64,000 nucleotides of DNA from a virus, in the UHGV virus genome UHGV-1455077. The stretch is one strand, 5' to 3'. The translations under genes and the position numbers were made by a program. How positions within the stretch are numbered: the stretch's first letter is position 1; each line of letters opens with the position of its first letter. Below the pieces are notes generated by a model. The model had not been told where the DNA came from and made no database searches. It saw only the letters and a program-made list of their open reading frames with translations. Below are positions 47,748 to 56,895 of this stretch, one piece after another.

Positions 47748-48654
47748 GAATAGAAATCGTTTTATTCAATATGAATTATGGAAAGATTGTAGTTTAGGTT
47801 GCAAATTTTGTTTTAATAAAAAACAAAAAGATGCCGATAAAATAGAATCATTGTTATTTGTTATTGATAAATTAGATAATCCAGAAGTTTTAGATTATAA
47901 TGAAGTTGGTTTTATTGGCGGAGAATTTTTTAATGGTGAAATAGCTAAACCAAAAGTAAAACAATTATTTTATAATTTGTTTAAAAAACTTTCAACAATG
48001 CATTTTGAAAAAATATATATAACAGGTGCATTAATGTATGATATGAATACTTATTTAATTCCTTTTTTAGATTATTTAAAAGAAATTAAATTATTAGATA
48101 AAACTTTATTCTGTACATCCTATGATTTAAAATATCGTTTTTATACAAAAGAAAGAGAAGATTTATGGAAAAATAATATGTTATTACTTCATAAATTATA
48201 TCCTGAATTAAAATTACATACAGAAACTGTTATTACACAATATTTTATAGATGCTGTATTAAATGATGAATTTAGTATAACTGATTTTTGTAACACTTAT
48301 CATACAAGATTAGATTATATTGAACCTACATCAGGATTATATTATAAAGATAAGCAAGAATGTATAAAAGATATTCCAGATTTTTTTCCTACAAAAGATA
48401 GTTTTATTGATTTTATGATGAAAACAGGTGTAGAATCAAATGAAATTGATTTAAAAACATTTTTATCTATGGAAATACGTTCTAATAAATTATATTATTT
48501 AGATGAAGGCATTAGATGTGTATCAGCCGATAGACGAGAAAATGACGGAATGATAGTTCCAAAAAATAATTCAGTTAAGTATGAAATAGGTTTTTCAGAT
48601 TCAGATGATAATATGCCAGAATTAGTTAGAGATTTTTGTTTAACAGTAGGATAA
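47734..48654 (+). CDS. radical SAM enzyme paralog 2
   Basis: WKDCSLGCKFCFN (Cx3Cx2C), GGEFF, SYDLKYRF. Confidence 0.65.
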   Translation: MENFKNRNRFIQYELWKDCSLGCKFCFNKKQKDADKIESLLFVIDKLDNPEVLDYNEVGFIGGEFFNGEIAKPKVKQLFYNLFKKLSTMHFEKIYITGALMYDMNTYLIPFLDYLKEIKLLDKTLFCTSYDLKYRFYTKEREDLWKNNMLLLHKLYPELKLHTETVITQYFIDAVLNDEFSITDFCNTYHTRLDYIEPTSGLYYKDKQECIKDIPDFFPTKDSFIDFMMKTGVESNEIDLKTFLSMEIRSNKLYYLDEGIRCVSADRRENDGMIVPKNNSVKYEIGFSDSDDNMPELVRDFCLTVG

Positions 48655-48658
48655 CATT

Positions 48659-49648
48659 ATGGATTTAATAGATTGGTGGATAAACTTAGAACCTTTGTCA
48701 GTAGAAGAAAAAAAATTATTAACTTCTTCAAGAAATGATGAATTTATAGATAAAATTTTTACAGTATCATTGACATCAGAATTTATTAAAAGATTACCAA
48801 ATTGTAATTTATCTAATGAATATCAAGTACGTGTAGATAATTGTGCAACGAATTTAATTCAAAGTTTATTTAATACATATATTGATGATGATACTCTTGT
48901 TATATATACCGAAAATGAGCATTATAAAATTAAAGGAATTCTTGATGCATTTAAAAATAAATTGGTATTAAGTTATAATGATATACTTAAATTAAATATG
49001 TCTAAAATAGCTTCTCAATTATCTAAATTCAAAAAAGTTTTTGTTTATATTATTGGAACTCAATTATCAAGTGGAGAAATAACTTCTCAATATTTTTTCA
49101 TAAAATTAAAAGAATTATTAAATACTTATAAATGTCAATATAAATTAGTTTTAGATGATGTTCACGGAATGTTTTTTGTCCCTCGTGATTATAGCATATT
49201 TGATTATATTATTGGAACAACACACGCCCTCATTCCATCATATCATATGGGGATTTTAATTGGTAAAGAAAATATGGATAAATTTGGAAGAATACAATAT
49301 CAATGGGAAGATGAATATCTTAGAGCATTAGATGTATTATTAAAAAGAAAAGAAAAAATTTATCAATTTAAATATATAATGGAACAAAGTTTAGCTAAAA
49401 TTATTTCTGAAGGTAAATGTCATTTATTAACTCAAACTGCCCCACATTTGTTTACTTTAAAAACCGACCAATTACAATATAATCAAGAATTTAAAGATGA
49501 ATTGGATAAGTATGGAATAAGGTTAGAAGGGGTTAATGAAGAATTAAAATATATTTTATGTAGAGTATCACAATTTATTATTAATCCTAATATATTAAAA
49601 GAAGGTATTGAAACATTAAATATTGTATTAAACTATATGTATGAATAA
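48659..49648 (+). CDS. hypothetical protein; possible degenerate fold-type-I PLP enzyme-like protein (VLDDVHGMF motif), no obvious catalytic Lys
   Basis: YKLVLDDVHGMFFVP...DYIIGTTHALIPSYHMGIL resembles the (D/E)EAHG...SK(A/T)LG pattern of alpha-oxoamine-synthase-like enzymes, with His in place of Lys. Confidence 0.3.
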   Translation: MDLIDWWINLEPLSVEEKKLLTSSRNDEFIDKIFTVSLTSEFIKRLPNCNLSNEYQVRVDNCATNLIQSLFNTYIDDDTLVIYTENEHYKIKGILDAFKNKLVLSYNDILKLNMSKIASQLSKFKKVFVYIIGTQLSSGEITSQYFFIKLKELLNTYKCQYKLVLDDVHGMFFVPRDYSIFDYIIGTTHALIPSYHMGILIGKENMDKFGRIQYQWEDEYLRALDVLLKRKEKIYQFKYIMEQSLAKIISEGKCHLLTQTAPHLFTLKTDQLQYNQEFKDELDKYGIRLEGVNEELKYILCRVSQFIINPNILKEGIETLNIVLNYMYE

Positions 49649-49659
49649 GGAAAAAAATT

Positions 49660-50586
49660 ATGGGTAATATGGTTCAATTTGGAGTTTGGTCTAATTGTTG
49701 TAATGCGTGTGATTTTTGTTTACGTGAAGAAAGAATTCCATATAGCAAAGAAAAACAATTATATTATTTAGATATGATTAAAAAGAATATTGAATATATT
49801 GATTGGAAAGATAAATTTTCATATGGAATTTCATTACTTGGCGGAGAATTATATTACATTACTGATAAAGATTTACAAAAATCATTTCTTGAATTAATTG
49901 ATGTTATTATTGAAAAAGTATTAAAAGTTTCTACTAATCCAGAATGTAAGTATTCAACTGTTACAAATGGATTATACGACCCTGCATTTTTATATCAAGT
50001 TATTGATAAAATTGTTAATGAAGTAGGATTAAAAGCAATTGATGTTAATTTTTCATATGATTTAAAATACAGATTTAAATCAGAAGAAGACCGTTTAAAA
50101 TGTTTAAAAAATATTAATGATTTTCATTCAAGATATGATTATAATGTTGGTGTGCAAATGATTATGACACAATATGTTATTAATGAATGGAAAGCTGGAC
50201 GATTTGATGTCAATAAATTTATGGAAGAAGAAATTCCAGGAAATTATTTAACGTTTTTATATCCACATCCTGTAAGAACAGGTAAAAAATTAGATGATTT
50301 TAATTTTAACAGAAATGATTTTTTAGATTTTATTCAATATTTAAAAGATGAATGTTATAATGTTTATTTGTCATTTTTACATTCAACAAAAAATTCAGGA
50401 ACTTTTAAATATACAGGCTTACAAAATCGTATTCATCCATCAGTTAATGCCCAGCCTGTATTATCAGATGGTAAAGAAATTATAAATCAAGAATGTGGTC
50501 ATTCTATCATATATAAATGTTATAGCGATTGTGATGATTGTGTCTTATGCGATTTAAAAAATTTTGATGAGGAAGTATATCTATGA
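49660..50586 (+). CDS. radical SAM enzyme paralog 3
   Basis: WSNCCNACDFC, GGELY, SYDLKYRF, C-terminal CGHSIIYKCYSDCDDCVLCD. Confidence 0.65.
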   Translation: MGNMVQFGVWSNCCNACDFCLREERIPYSKEKQLYYLDMIKKNIEYIDWKDKFSYGISLLGGELYYITDKDLQKSFLELIDVIIEKVLKVSTNPECKYSTVTNGLYDPAFLYQVIDKIVNEVGLKAIDVNFSYDLKYRFKSEEDRLKCLKNINDFHSRYDYNVGVQMIMTQYVINEWKAGRFDVNKFMEEEIPGNYLTFLYPHPVRTGKKLDDFNFNRNDFLDFIQYLKDECYNVYLSFLHSTKNSGTFKYTGLQNRIHPSVNAQPVLSDGKEIINQECGHSIIYKCYSDCDDCVLCDLKNFDEEVYL

Positions 50587-51569
50587 AAAAACAAATGCAA
50601 TTTGAATTATGGGACGAATGTAATTCTAAATGTACTTTTTGTCATTTATGTAATAAAAATGGAAATACTCCAAATAATATAAAATTAGAAATGCTTCAAG
50701 ATACATTAGATAAAATTTCTGATTTATCAATTTATTCTGAATATAATACAATTGGTTTTATTGGTGGGGAATTTTTTCAAGGACAACTTAATACGCCTGA
50801 AATTAAATCTAAATTTATGGAATTGATGGATAAGGCTTGTTGGTTATTAAATAATGATTATATAGATAATGTTTGGATTAATGCTACATTAACAATTGGA
50901 AATCAAGATGATTTATATGCCGTTTTAAAGCGTTTTGAGGGGCATAAAGGAAATTTATGGATACTTACCTCATTTGATACATTAGGACGCTTCCACACCC
51001 AAAAAATGAAAGATAATTGGGATTATCATATGAAGAATATTCATAATTTATATCCAGAAATTAAATTTAATATTACTACTATTTTATCAGGTGATTTTAT
51101 TGAACGCTATTTAAATGATGAAATAAATTTTGAGCAATTTATGCAAGAATATAATGCTTCATTATTTTTTAAAGTTCCTGCATTACAAAAAGAATATTAT
51201 CATACTAATAAAGAAATGAATGATAAAATTGGTTATTTTTTTCCTACACGGGATTTATTTTTAGAATTTTTATCAAAATTTAGACAAACAGAACATCCTG
51301 ATTTATGGAATAAATTATTTAATATTGAATATCGTGCCGATACATTATATTGTAAAGAAAATGGCGATGATATAGAAATAACTCGTTCTAAAGATAATAA
51401 TTATATGGAAACAATTATAGATACAACCATTAATGAACAAATGGAAAGAGTAAAAGAAAAGCAAATGGATTATATTATGGATTGCGGGCATTTAAGTACA
51501 TATAATTCTTATATAGATGAAGATGGTTGTGCATTATGTGATAAGTTAATGTTTGAAGAACTAATATAA
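50583..51569 (+). CDS. radical SAM enzyme paralog 4
   Basis: WDECNSKCTFC, GGEFFQGQLNTPEIKSKFMEL, SFDTLGRFH, CGHL...CALCD. Confidence 0.65.
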   Translation: MKKQMQFELWDECNSKCTFCHLCNKNGNTPNNIKLEMLQDTLDKISDLSIYSEYNTIGFIGGEFFQGQLNTPEIKSKFMELMDKACWLLNNDYIDNVWINATLTIGNQDDLYAVLKRFEGHKGNLWILTSFDTLGRFHTQKMKDNWDYHMKNIHNLYPEIKFNITTILSGDFIERYLNDEINFEQFMQEYNASLFFKVPALQKEYYHTNKEMNDKIGYFFPTRDLFLEFLSKFRQTEHPDLWNKLFNIEYRADTLYCKENGDDIEITRSKDNNYMETIIDTTINEQMERVKEKQMDYIMDCGHLSTYNSYIDEDGCALCDKLMFEELI

Positions 51570-51589
51570 ATATTTCAAAAGGTAAAATA

Positions 51590-52540
51590 ATGAGTAAACA
51601 GATGCAATTTGAGTTATGGCAAGAATGCAATTCTAAATGTAAATTTTGTTATTTAGGAAAAGAAAATTGTCATACACCAGATGAATTAAAATTACAATCT
51701 TTACAAAATGCAATTGATAAAATTTCTGATTTATCAATTTATTCTGAATATGATACTTTATCATATCTGGGTGGAGAATTTTTTCAAGGACAACTTAATA
51801 CGCCCGAAATTAAATCTAAATTTATGGAATTGATGGAAAAAACCGCTTGGTTATATGATAATGATTATATTAAACACGTATGGATTTATGCTACATTAAC
51901 TATCGGCGACCAACAAGATTTATATGATACTTTGAAATTATTTAATAAAAAAGATGAATTATGGATTTTAACATCATATGATACAATTGGTAGATTTCAT
52001 ACTAAAAAGATGTTTGATAATTGGGATTATCATATGAAGAATATTCATAATTTATATCCAGAAATTAAATTTAACATTACTACTATTTTATCAGAAGACT
52101 GTATAGACAAGTATTTAAATGATGAATTGTCATTTAAAGATATGATGGAAGAATATCATTGTTCATTCTTTTTTAAGCAATGCGGCAATGGTTCTTATAC
52201 AAAAGAAGAAATGAATACAATTATTCCTCACTTCTTTCCACCTAGAGATAAATTTATTGACTTCTTACAAAAATTCCGCAATGAAGAAAATGATGAAATG
52301 TGGAATAAATTATTTAATATTCATTATAGAGCAGATAGTTTGTATAGGAATTTCAATGATAAAAATCATCAAATGGAATTAAATGTTCGTCATAAAGATT
52401 CATTAAATGAAATTGAAAATGATAATAAAGATGAAATGGAAACAAATGAATGTGGTCATTTAAAAGTTTATGCGGCATATATTGATTGTGATGAGTGTGT
52501 ACTTTGTGATAAATTAATGATAGAAGAATTTTTAAAATAA
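51590..52540 (+). CDS. radical SAM enzyme paralog 5
   Basis: WQECNSKCKFC, GGEFFQGQLNTPEIKSKFMEL, SYDTIGRFH, CGHL...CVLCD. About 77-bp and about 65-bp tracts are near-identical to paralog 4. Confidence 0.65.
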   Translation: MSKQMQFELWQECNSKCKFCYLGKENCHTPDELKLQSLQNAIDKISDLSIYSEYDTLSYLGGEFFQGQLNTPEIKSKFMELMEKTAWLYDNDYIKHVWIYATLTIGDQQDLYDTLKLFNKKDELWILTSYDTIGRFHTKKMFDNWDYHMKNIHNLYPEIKFNITTILSEDCIDKYLNDELSFKDMMEEYHCSFFFKQCGNGSYTKEEMNTIIPHFFPPRDKFIDFLQKFRNEENDEMWNKLFNIHYRADSLYRNFNDKNHQMELNVRHKDSLNEIENDNKDEMETNECGHLKVYAAYIDCDECVLCDKLMIEEFLK

Positions 52541-52550
52541 GGAAATATAA

Positions 52551-53027
52551 ATGATTACAATTGAAAATAATGATAATGATATTATGATTGAAAATGATGT
52601 CAATCAACCATATGTAAAAAAAATTATATTAAATAAAAGTATTACTATTAAAGCACAAACTAATACTTCTTTTGATATTAATACTGTCTTTAAATTTACT
52701 GATAATAATGATTTTGCATTTGTTGAAGGTGTTATTGTTGATGCAAAAGATTATTATGTAGTTGGAGAAGTATATAGTTTAGACCGCCAAAATAATAAAT
52801 TATCTTTATTAATTGGTAATAATTCAAATGTATCTTATACAATTCCAGCAGGAACTCATATTGCTAATATCTATACATTAGCAAAAAATTTTAGTGGTAA
52901 TGTTATATATAATAATGGAAATATTGCAGTAATAGATTATAATAACTATTATAAAGTTAGTGATACAACTTTAACTGAATTTCCAGATGGAAAAAAAGCT
53001 ATAACAATTAATTTAGATAAAGAATAA
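52551..53027 (+). CDS. hypothetical protein within the rSAM array
   Basis: ORF. Confidence 0.35.
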   Translation: MITIENNDNDIMIENDVNQPYVKKIILNKSITIKAQTNTSFDINTVFKFTDNNDFAFVEGVIVDAKDYYVVGEVYSLDRQNNKLSLLIGNNSNVSYTIPAGTHIANIYTLAKNFSGNVIYNNGNIAVIDYNNYYKVSDTTLTEFPDGKKAITINLDKE

Positions 53028-53983
53028 TGAGTTTACAAATACAATATGAATTATGGAGAGAGTGTAATTGTAAATGTACATATTGCACTCTTGGAATAGA
53101 TAATTGCTTAACAAGTAATGAATTAAAACTTCAATCAATGCAAACAGCAATTGATGAAATGAAACAATTTAAATCAAATGAACATCAAACAGTTGGTTTT
53201 ATTGGTGGAGAGTTTTTTCAAGGACAACTTAATACACCTGAAATTAAATCTAAATTTATGGAATTAATTACAGAAGCAAATAATTTATTAAATAATAATA
53301 TTGTAAAAGATTTATGGCTTAATGCATCATTATTAATCGGTAATCAAGATGATTTATATGAAGCAATAAATTTAATTAATGATAAAACAAAACTATGGGT
53401 TTTAACATCATATGATACAATTGGTAGATTTCACACATCTAAAATGTTAGATACTTGGAAATATCATATGAATAAACTTCATAATGATTATCCAGAAGTT
53501 AAATTAAACACTACAAGTATTTTAACGGGTGATTTTATTGAAAAATATTTAAATGATGAATTTGATATTGAAGATTTTAAAGCTAAATATCATACCAATT
53601 TATTTTTAAAAACAACTGTTAAACCTGGTCATTTAAGCCATTTAACAAAACAAGAAATTAATGATAAGATAGGTAATTTTTTTCCTACACAAGAAAAATT
53701 TCAAGAATTTTTATTTACATATTATTCACGTGAAGGAGAAGATGAATATCATAAATTGTTTAGTAATGATTTAAGAGCCGATGAGGTTCGTAAAAATTTC
53801 AATGATGAAAATAAAAGAAATATTAAATTTATAAGAGATAAAAACACTCTTGAAGAAACAATTGATTGTATTGATGAACATATTGATAATTTATCTTGTG
53901 GTCATTCATCTATCTATCAATCTTATGTTGATTCAGATGATTGTTCAATATGTGATAAACAACAAATTTTGGATATAATTTAA
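53027..53983 (+). CDS. radical SAM enzyme paralog 6
   Basis: WRECNCKCTYC, GGEFFQGQLNTPEIKSKFMEL, SYDTIGRFH, CGHS...CSICD. Confidence 0.65.
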   Translation: MSLQIQYELWRECNCKCTYCTLGIDNCLTSNELKLQSMQTAIDEMKQFKSNEHQTVGFIGGEFFQGQLNTPEIKSKFMELITEANNLLNNNIVKDLWLNASLLIGNQDDLYEAINLINDKTKLWVLTSYDTIGRFHTSKMLDTWKYHMNKLHNDYPEVKLNTTSILTGDFIEKYLNDEFDIEDFKAKYHTNLFLKTTVKPGHLSHLTKQEINDKIGNFFPTQEKFQEFLFTYYSREGEDEYHKLFSNDLRADEVRKNFNDENKRNIKFIRDKNTLEETIDCIDEHIDNLSCGHSSIYQSYVDSDDCSICDKQQILDII

Positions 53984-54618
53984 TGCCTGATTTTGAAAAA
54001 AATAATTATTATAAAATTATAGATATAAAAACAAATGCTATTATTTGTGCAGGGAAGATTGCATTTATTAAACAAACTAAAGATATGCCTATTCTAATTA
54101 GTTTTGATAATAAATTCTTCTTCAATTCCGAAGGAACTTCAAAATATAAAGTTGTTAAATCTGATACAGAGGTTGATGTTCCTTTATTAAGAAATATTAT
54201 ATTAGAATCTTATAAAATATGCTTATATGAAGATTATTTTAATTATCCTGATTATGATATATTTAGAGAATATGATATTAATGAATTAGATGAGCCAGTT
54301 ATTAAATTAGTTACTATATTAAATAAATTTGATGATATTGAAACCACAGGAAGTTGTTGCGGACACGGTGATAATTATTTATGGGTTGATATTATGTTTC
54401 ATTCGTTATCATCTATTAATTTAATTATTGATTTATTAAATGATGATAAATGGAATAATAAATTTATTTTAAGTAATTATTATACTAATAAAAATAAATC
54501 TAATTATTCTGTTATGCTACATTTACGTTCATTTACTAAAGGTGAAGAAGCATATAAAGATGCTAGTTTATTAGCAGATGATTTACAAGAAATTTATGAA
54601 TTACTTTATGGATTATAA
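53983..54618 (+). CDS. hypothetical protein with TTGSCCGHGD motif
   Basis: ORF; ATGA start/stop overlap with rSAM6. Confidence 0.35.
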   Translation: MPDFEKNNYYKIIDIKTNAIICAGKIAFIKQTKDMPILISFDNKFFFNSEGTSKYKVVKSDTEVDVPLLRNIILESYKICLYEDYFNYPDYDIFREYDINELDEPVIKLVTILNKFDDIETTGSCCGHGDNYLWVDIMFHSLSSINLIIDLLNDDKWNNKFILSNYYTNKNKSNYSVMLHLRSFTKGEEAYKDASLLADDLQEIYELLYGL

Positions 54619-54662
54619 ATGATATTTAGATTTTAAATAATTTATTATAGAAATAAACTATA

Positions 54663-54690
54663 AAAAAGAGAGCTTTTTAAAGCTCTCTTT
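54663..54690. terminator. bidirectional rho-independent terminator
   Basis: AAAGAGAGCTTTttaaAGCTCTCTTT between convergent genes. Confidence 0.65.
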
Positions 54691-56098
54691 AACTATCACC
54701 TTGAGCAAAAATTATTCTAAAAGCTACTGTTGGACCATCAAATGTGTAACCTATTGTAAATTTTTGTCCTTTTCTAACAGGAAAATAAAGAACATCATTA
54801 ACACCACTTGTTGACCATTTTATTGCAATTGTATTTTCATCAACGCTAGTTGATGGTAAATCATTATCATAAGCAATCATATATTGACCACTAGCAGTTG
54901 CTTGTTTAACAAATTGAATATATCCATTTGCTAATGCTGTATAAGTTGTTCCAGATACACCTAATTCTAAATCAACATATTTAGAAGAAGGCATTGCTTG
55001 TTCTGCAATAAAAGTCGTATCATTTTTATCTAATAATTGATTTGTATTATATGGATTAAAAGAAATTATTTTACCTAAATTATTAGATATTGCTGTTCCA
55101 CAAATATATCTTTGTTGATTATCCCAAGTAGTTCCATTATAATAAAACATTTTATTATCATTTAAAACAAAATAATTTCCATTTCCAAAAACTTCTTCTT
55201 TTGTTTTAATGGTAAATATTGGTCTAAATAAAAGGGAATTAGATTGTTGAATAAAAATATATCCATTTCTTTCAATAGTTTCATTATAAATTAATACATT
55301 TGTTGTAATCGTTTCAATATTATTTAAACTACCATCTGAATTTCTATTATTTGGAATCAATCCTTTAACTCCAGGTAATGCAAATATTGTTGAACCAATA
55401 AAACCCAATCCATTAAATATCTGGTCAATAGAAATAATTCCAGTACCATTTGTTATATTTAATAAACTAAATGGCAACGAACAACCATTTTGCCAATTTG
55501 CTCCATTATCAATAGTATATTTAATAATATTATTTGCAGTATCATACCAAAAAGCATATGTTGCAGTAACGGTTGGTGCAGTATCTCCACTAAATTGTTG
55601 AGTTGATATTACCAATGCTTGAATTAAATTTGTTGGTAATAAACAAGCCATATGTTGGTTAGAAGCATAGGTTGATGCATTAAAACTAATATCATTCTCA
55701 ATTATTTTAATATCAAATTTTTTAGTAGTACCATCAGTTTCAAAACCATTAGGAATATATAATTTACTACCTGCTTTTAAAGTAATCGTATTATCTGAAT
55801 TTAATTCTACTTTAATATCTTGAGGTATTTCAGTAATGCAATTAGTAACTTGATTATAACCTATTTGTTCTTCACGCCATATTAAATTAGTGCCATCATT
55901 ACTTAATATTTGTTGACTTGTTTCAGTATTAAATTCTGGTATTGCTCCACCGTCAGGAGTTATATAAAATTCATTTTCAACTAATTGTCCAGCTTCTTTT
56001 AATTCTTCATATTTTGCTGAACTCATTTTATTAAATTTTAATTGTGCAATATCTGTATTTGTTGTCATAATAAACTTTTCCTTGATAAACTTATACAA
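54689..56098 (-). CDS. tail-fibre-like protein (paralog of 56895-58160)
   Basis: Shared blocks VTNCITEIPQDIKVELN..ITLKAGSKLY and IDQIFNGLGFIGSTIF. Confidence 0.5.
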   Translation of the reverse strand: MYKFIKEKFIMTTNTDIAQLKFNKMSSAKYEELKEAGQLVENEFYITPDGGAIPEFNTETSQQILSNDGTNLIWREEQIGYNQVTNCITEIPQDIKVELNSDNTITLKAGSKLYIPNGFETDGTTKKFDIKIIENDISFNASTYASNQHMACLLPTNLIQALVISTQQFSGDTAPTVTATYAFWYDTANNIIKYTIDNGANWQNGCSLPFSLLNITNGTGIISIDQIFNGLGFIGSTIFALPGVKGLIPNNRNSDGSLNNIETITTNVLIYNETIERNGYIFIQQSNSLLFRPIFTIKTKEEVFGNGNYFVLNDNKMFYYNGTTWDNQQRYICGTAISNNLGKIISFNPYNTNQLLDKNDTTFIAEQAMPSSKYVDLELGVSGTTYTALANGYIQFVKQATASGQYMIAYDNDLPSTSVDENTIAIKWSTSGVNDVLYFPVRKGQKFTIGYTFDGPTVAFRIIFAQGDS

Positions 56099-56127
56099 AT
56101 ATTTATTTTAAAATTATTGATAATAAA

Positions 56128-56156
56128 GTTTGTGGATATTTATTAAATATCCACAA
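56128..56156. promoter_or_regulatory. palindrome TTTGTGGATATTTATTAAATATCCACAAA between divergent fibre genes, just upstream of 56166(+)
   Basis: Perfect 29-nt dyad; identical copy at 59974-60002. Confidence 0.55.
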
Positions 56157-56165
56157 AGGGGATAA

Positions 56166-56570
56166 TTGATGACTGATATAAGTAAAATAGATATGGAACG
56201 AATTAATGGATTACTTGATAAACTTGAAGAAGTAACTGATAAACTTAATTCAATGAAATATGTTGTGGAAACTGGTGGAGATTCAACGCAATGGTATAGA
56301 AAATGGAATGATGGTTTTATAGAACAATGGGGGAATATAATTTTTTCACAATCTGCTGGAAGTTATACTAATCAAACAACAACATTACCAATAGCATTTT
56401 CTTCAACTGCATATTATATAACACTTATTGCAACAAATTCAAATAATCAACAAAGTCACACCTGTGGTATTTTAGTTAAAAATAAAAATTCATTTAATTG
56501 GTCATCATCATATTGGTGGGCAAGAGATGCATATGTTTCAAGCTTTAATTGGTATGCGTGTGGATATTAA
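56166..56570 (+). CDS. small tail-fibre-associated protein (family A paralog)
   Basis: ...QWYRKWNDGFIEQWGN...WYACGY. Confidence 0.5.
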   Translation: MMTDISKIDMERINGLLDKLEEVTDKLNSMKYVVETGGDSTQWYRKWNDGFIEQWGNIIFSQSAGSYTNQTTTLPIAFSSTAYYITLIATNSNNQQSHTCGILVKNKNSFNWSSSYWWARDAYVSSFNWYACGY

Positions 56571-56598
56571 AAAAGAGAGGTTTTAAAACCTCTCTTTA
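56571..56598. terminator. bidirectional rho-independent terminator
   Basis: AAAAGAGAGGTTTTaaAACCTCTCTTT. Confidence 0.65.
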
Positions 56599-56895
56599 TT
56601 CTTTTGGATATTTTTCTTTAATTGATTTAATTAATGTTTGCCAGTTATTTGTTCCATCTTCTAAATCGTGATATATCATATCTAACTGTTCAGCTAATGG
56701 TGGATATTCTTTTAATCTATTATTAATAGCAACAGCATTATGTGATTCAGATTCTTTAATATATTCTCCATTAACTAAAATATATTTTTCATTTGTTTTC
56801 ACTATTTTATCAAATTCCATAAGAGGAATAGATTCAATTTCTTTCTTTGTATTTTTAACTACAATAATCTTGTTATTTTGATAACCTAACCACAT
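56596..56895 (-). CDS. hypothetical protein
   Basis: ORF; ATGA overlap with the upstream gene. Confidence 0.35.
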   Translation of the reverse strand: MWLGYQNNKIIVVKNTKKEIESIPLMEFDKIVKTNEKYILVNGEYIKESESHNAVAINNRLKEYPPLAEQLDMIYHDLEDGTNNWQTLIKSIKEKYPKE

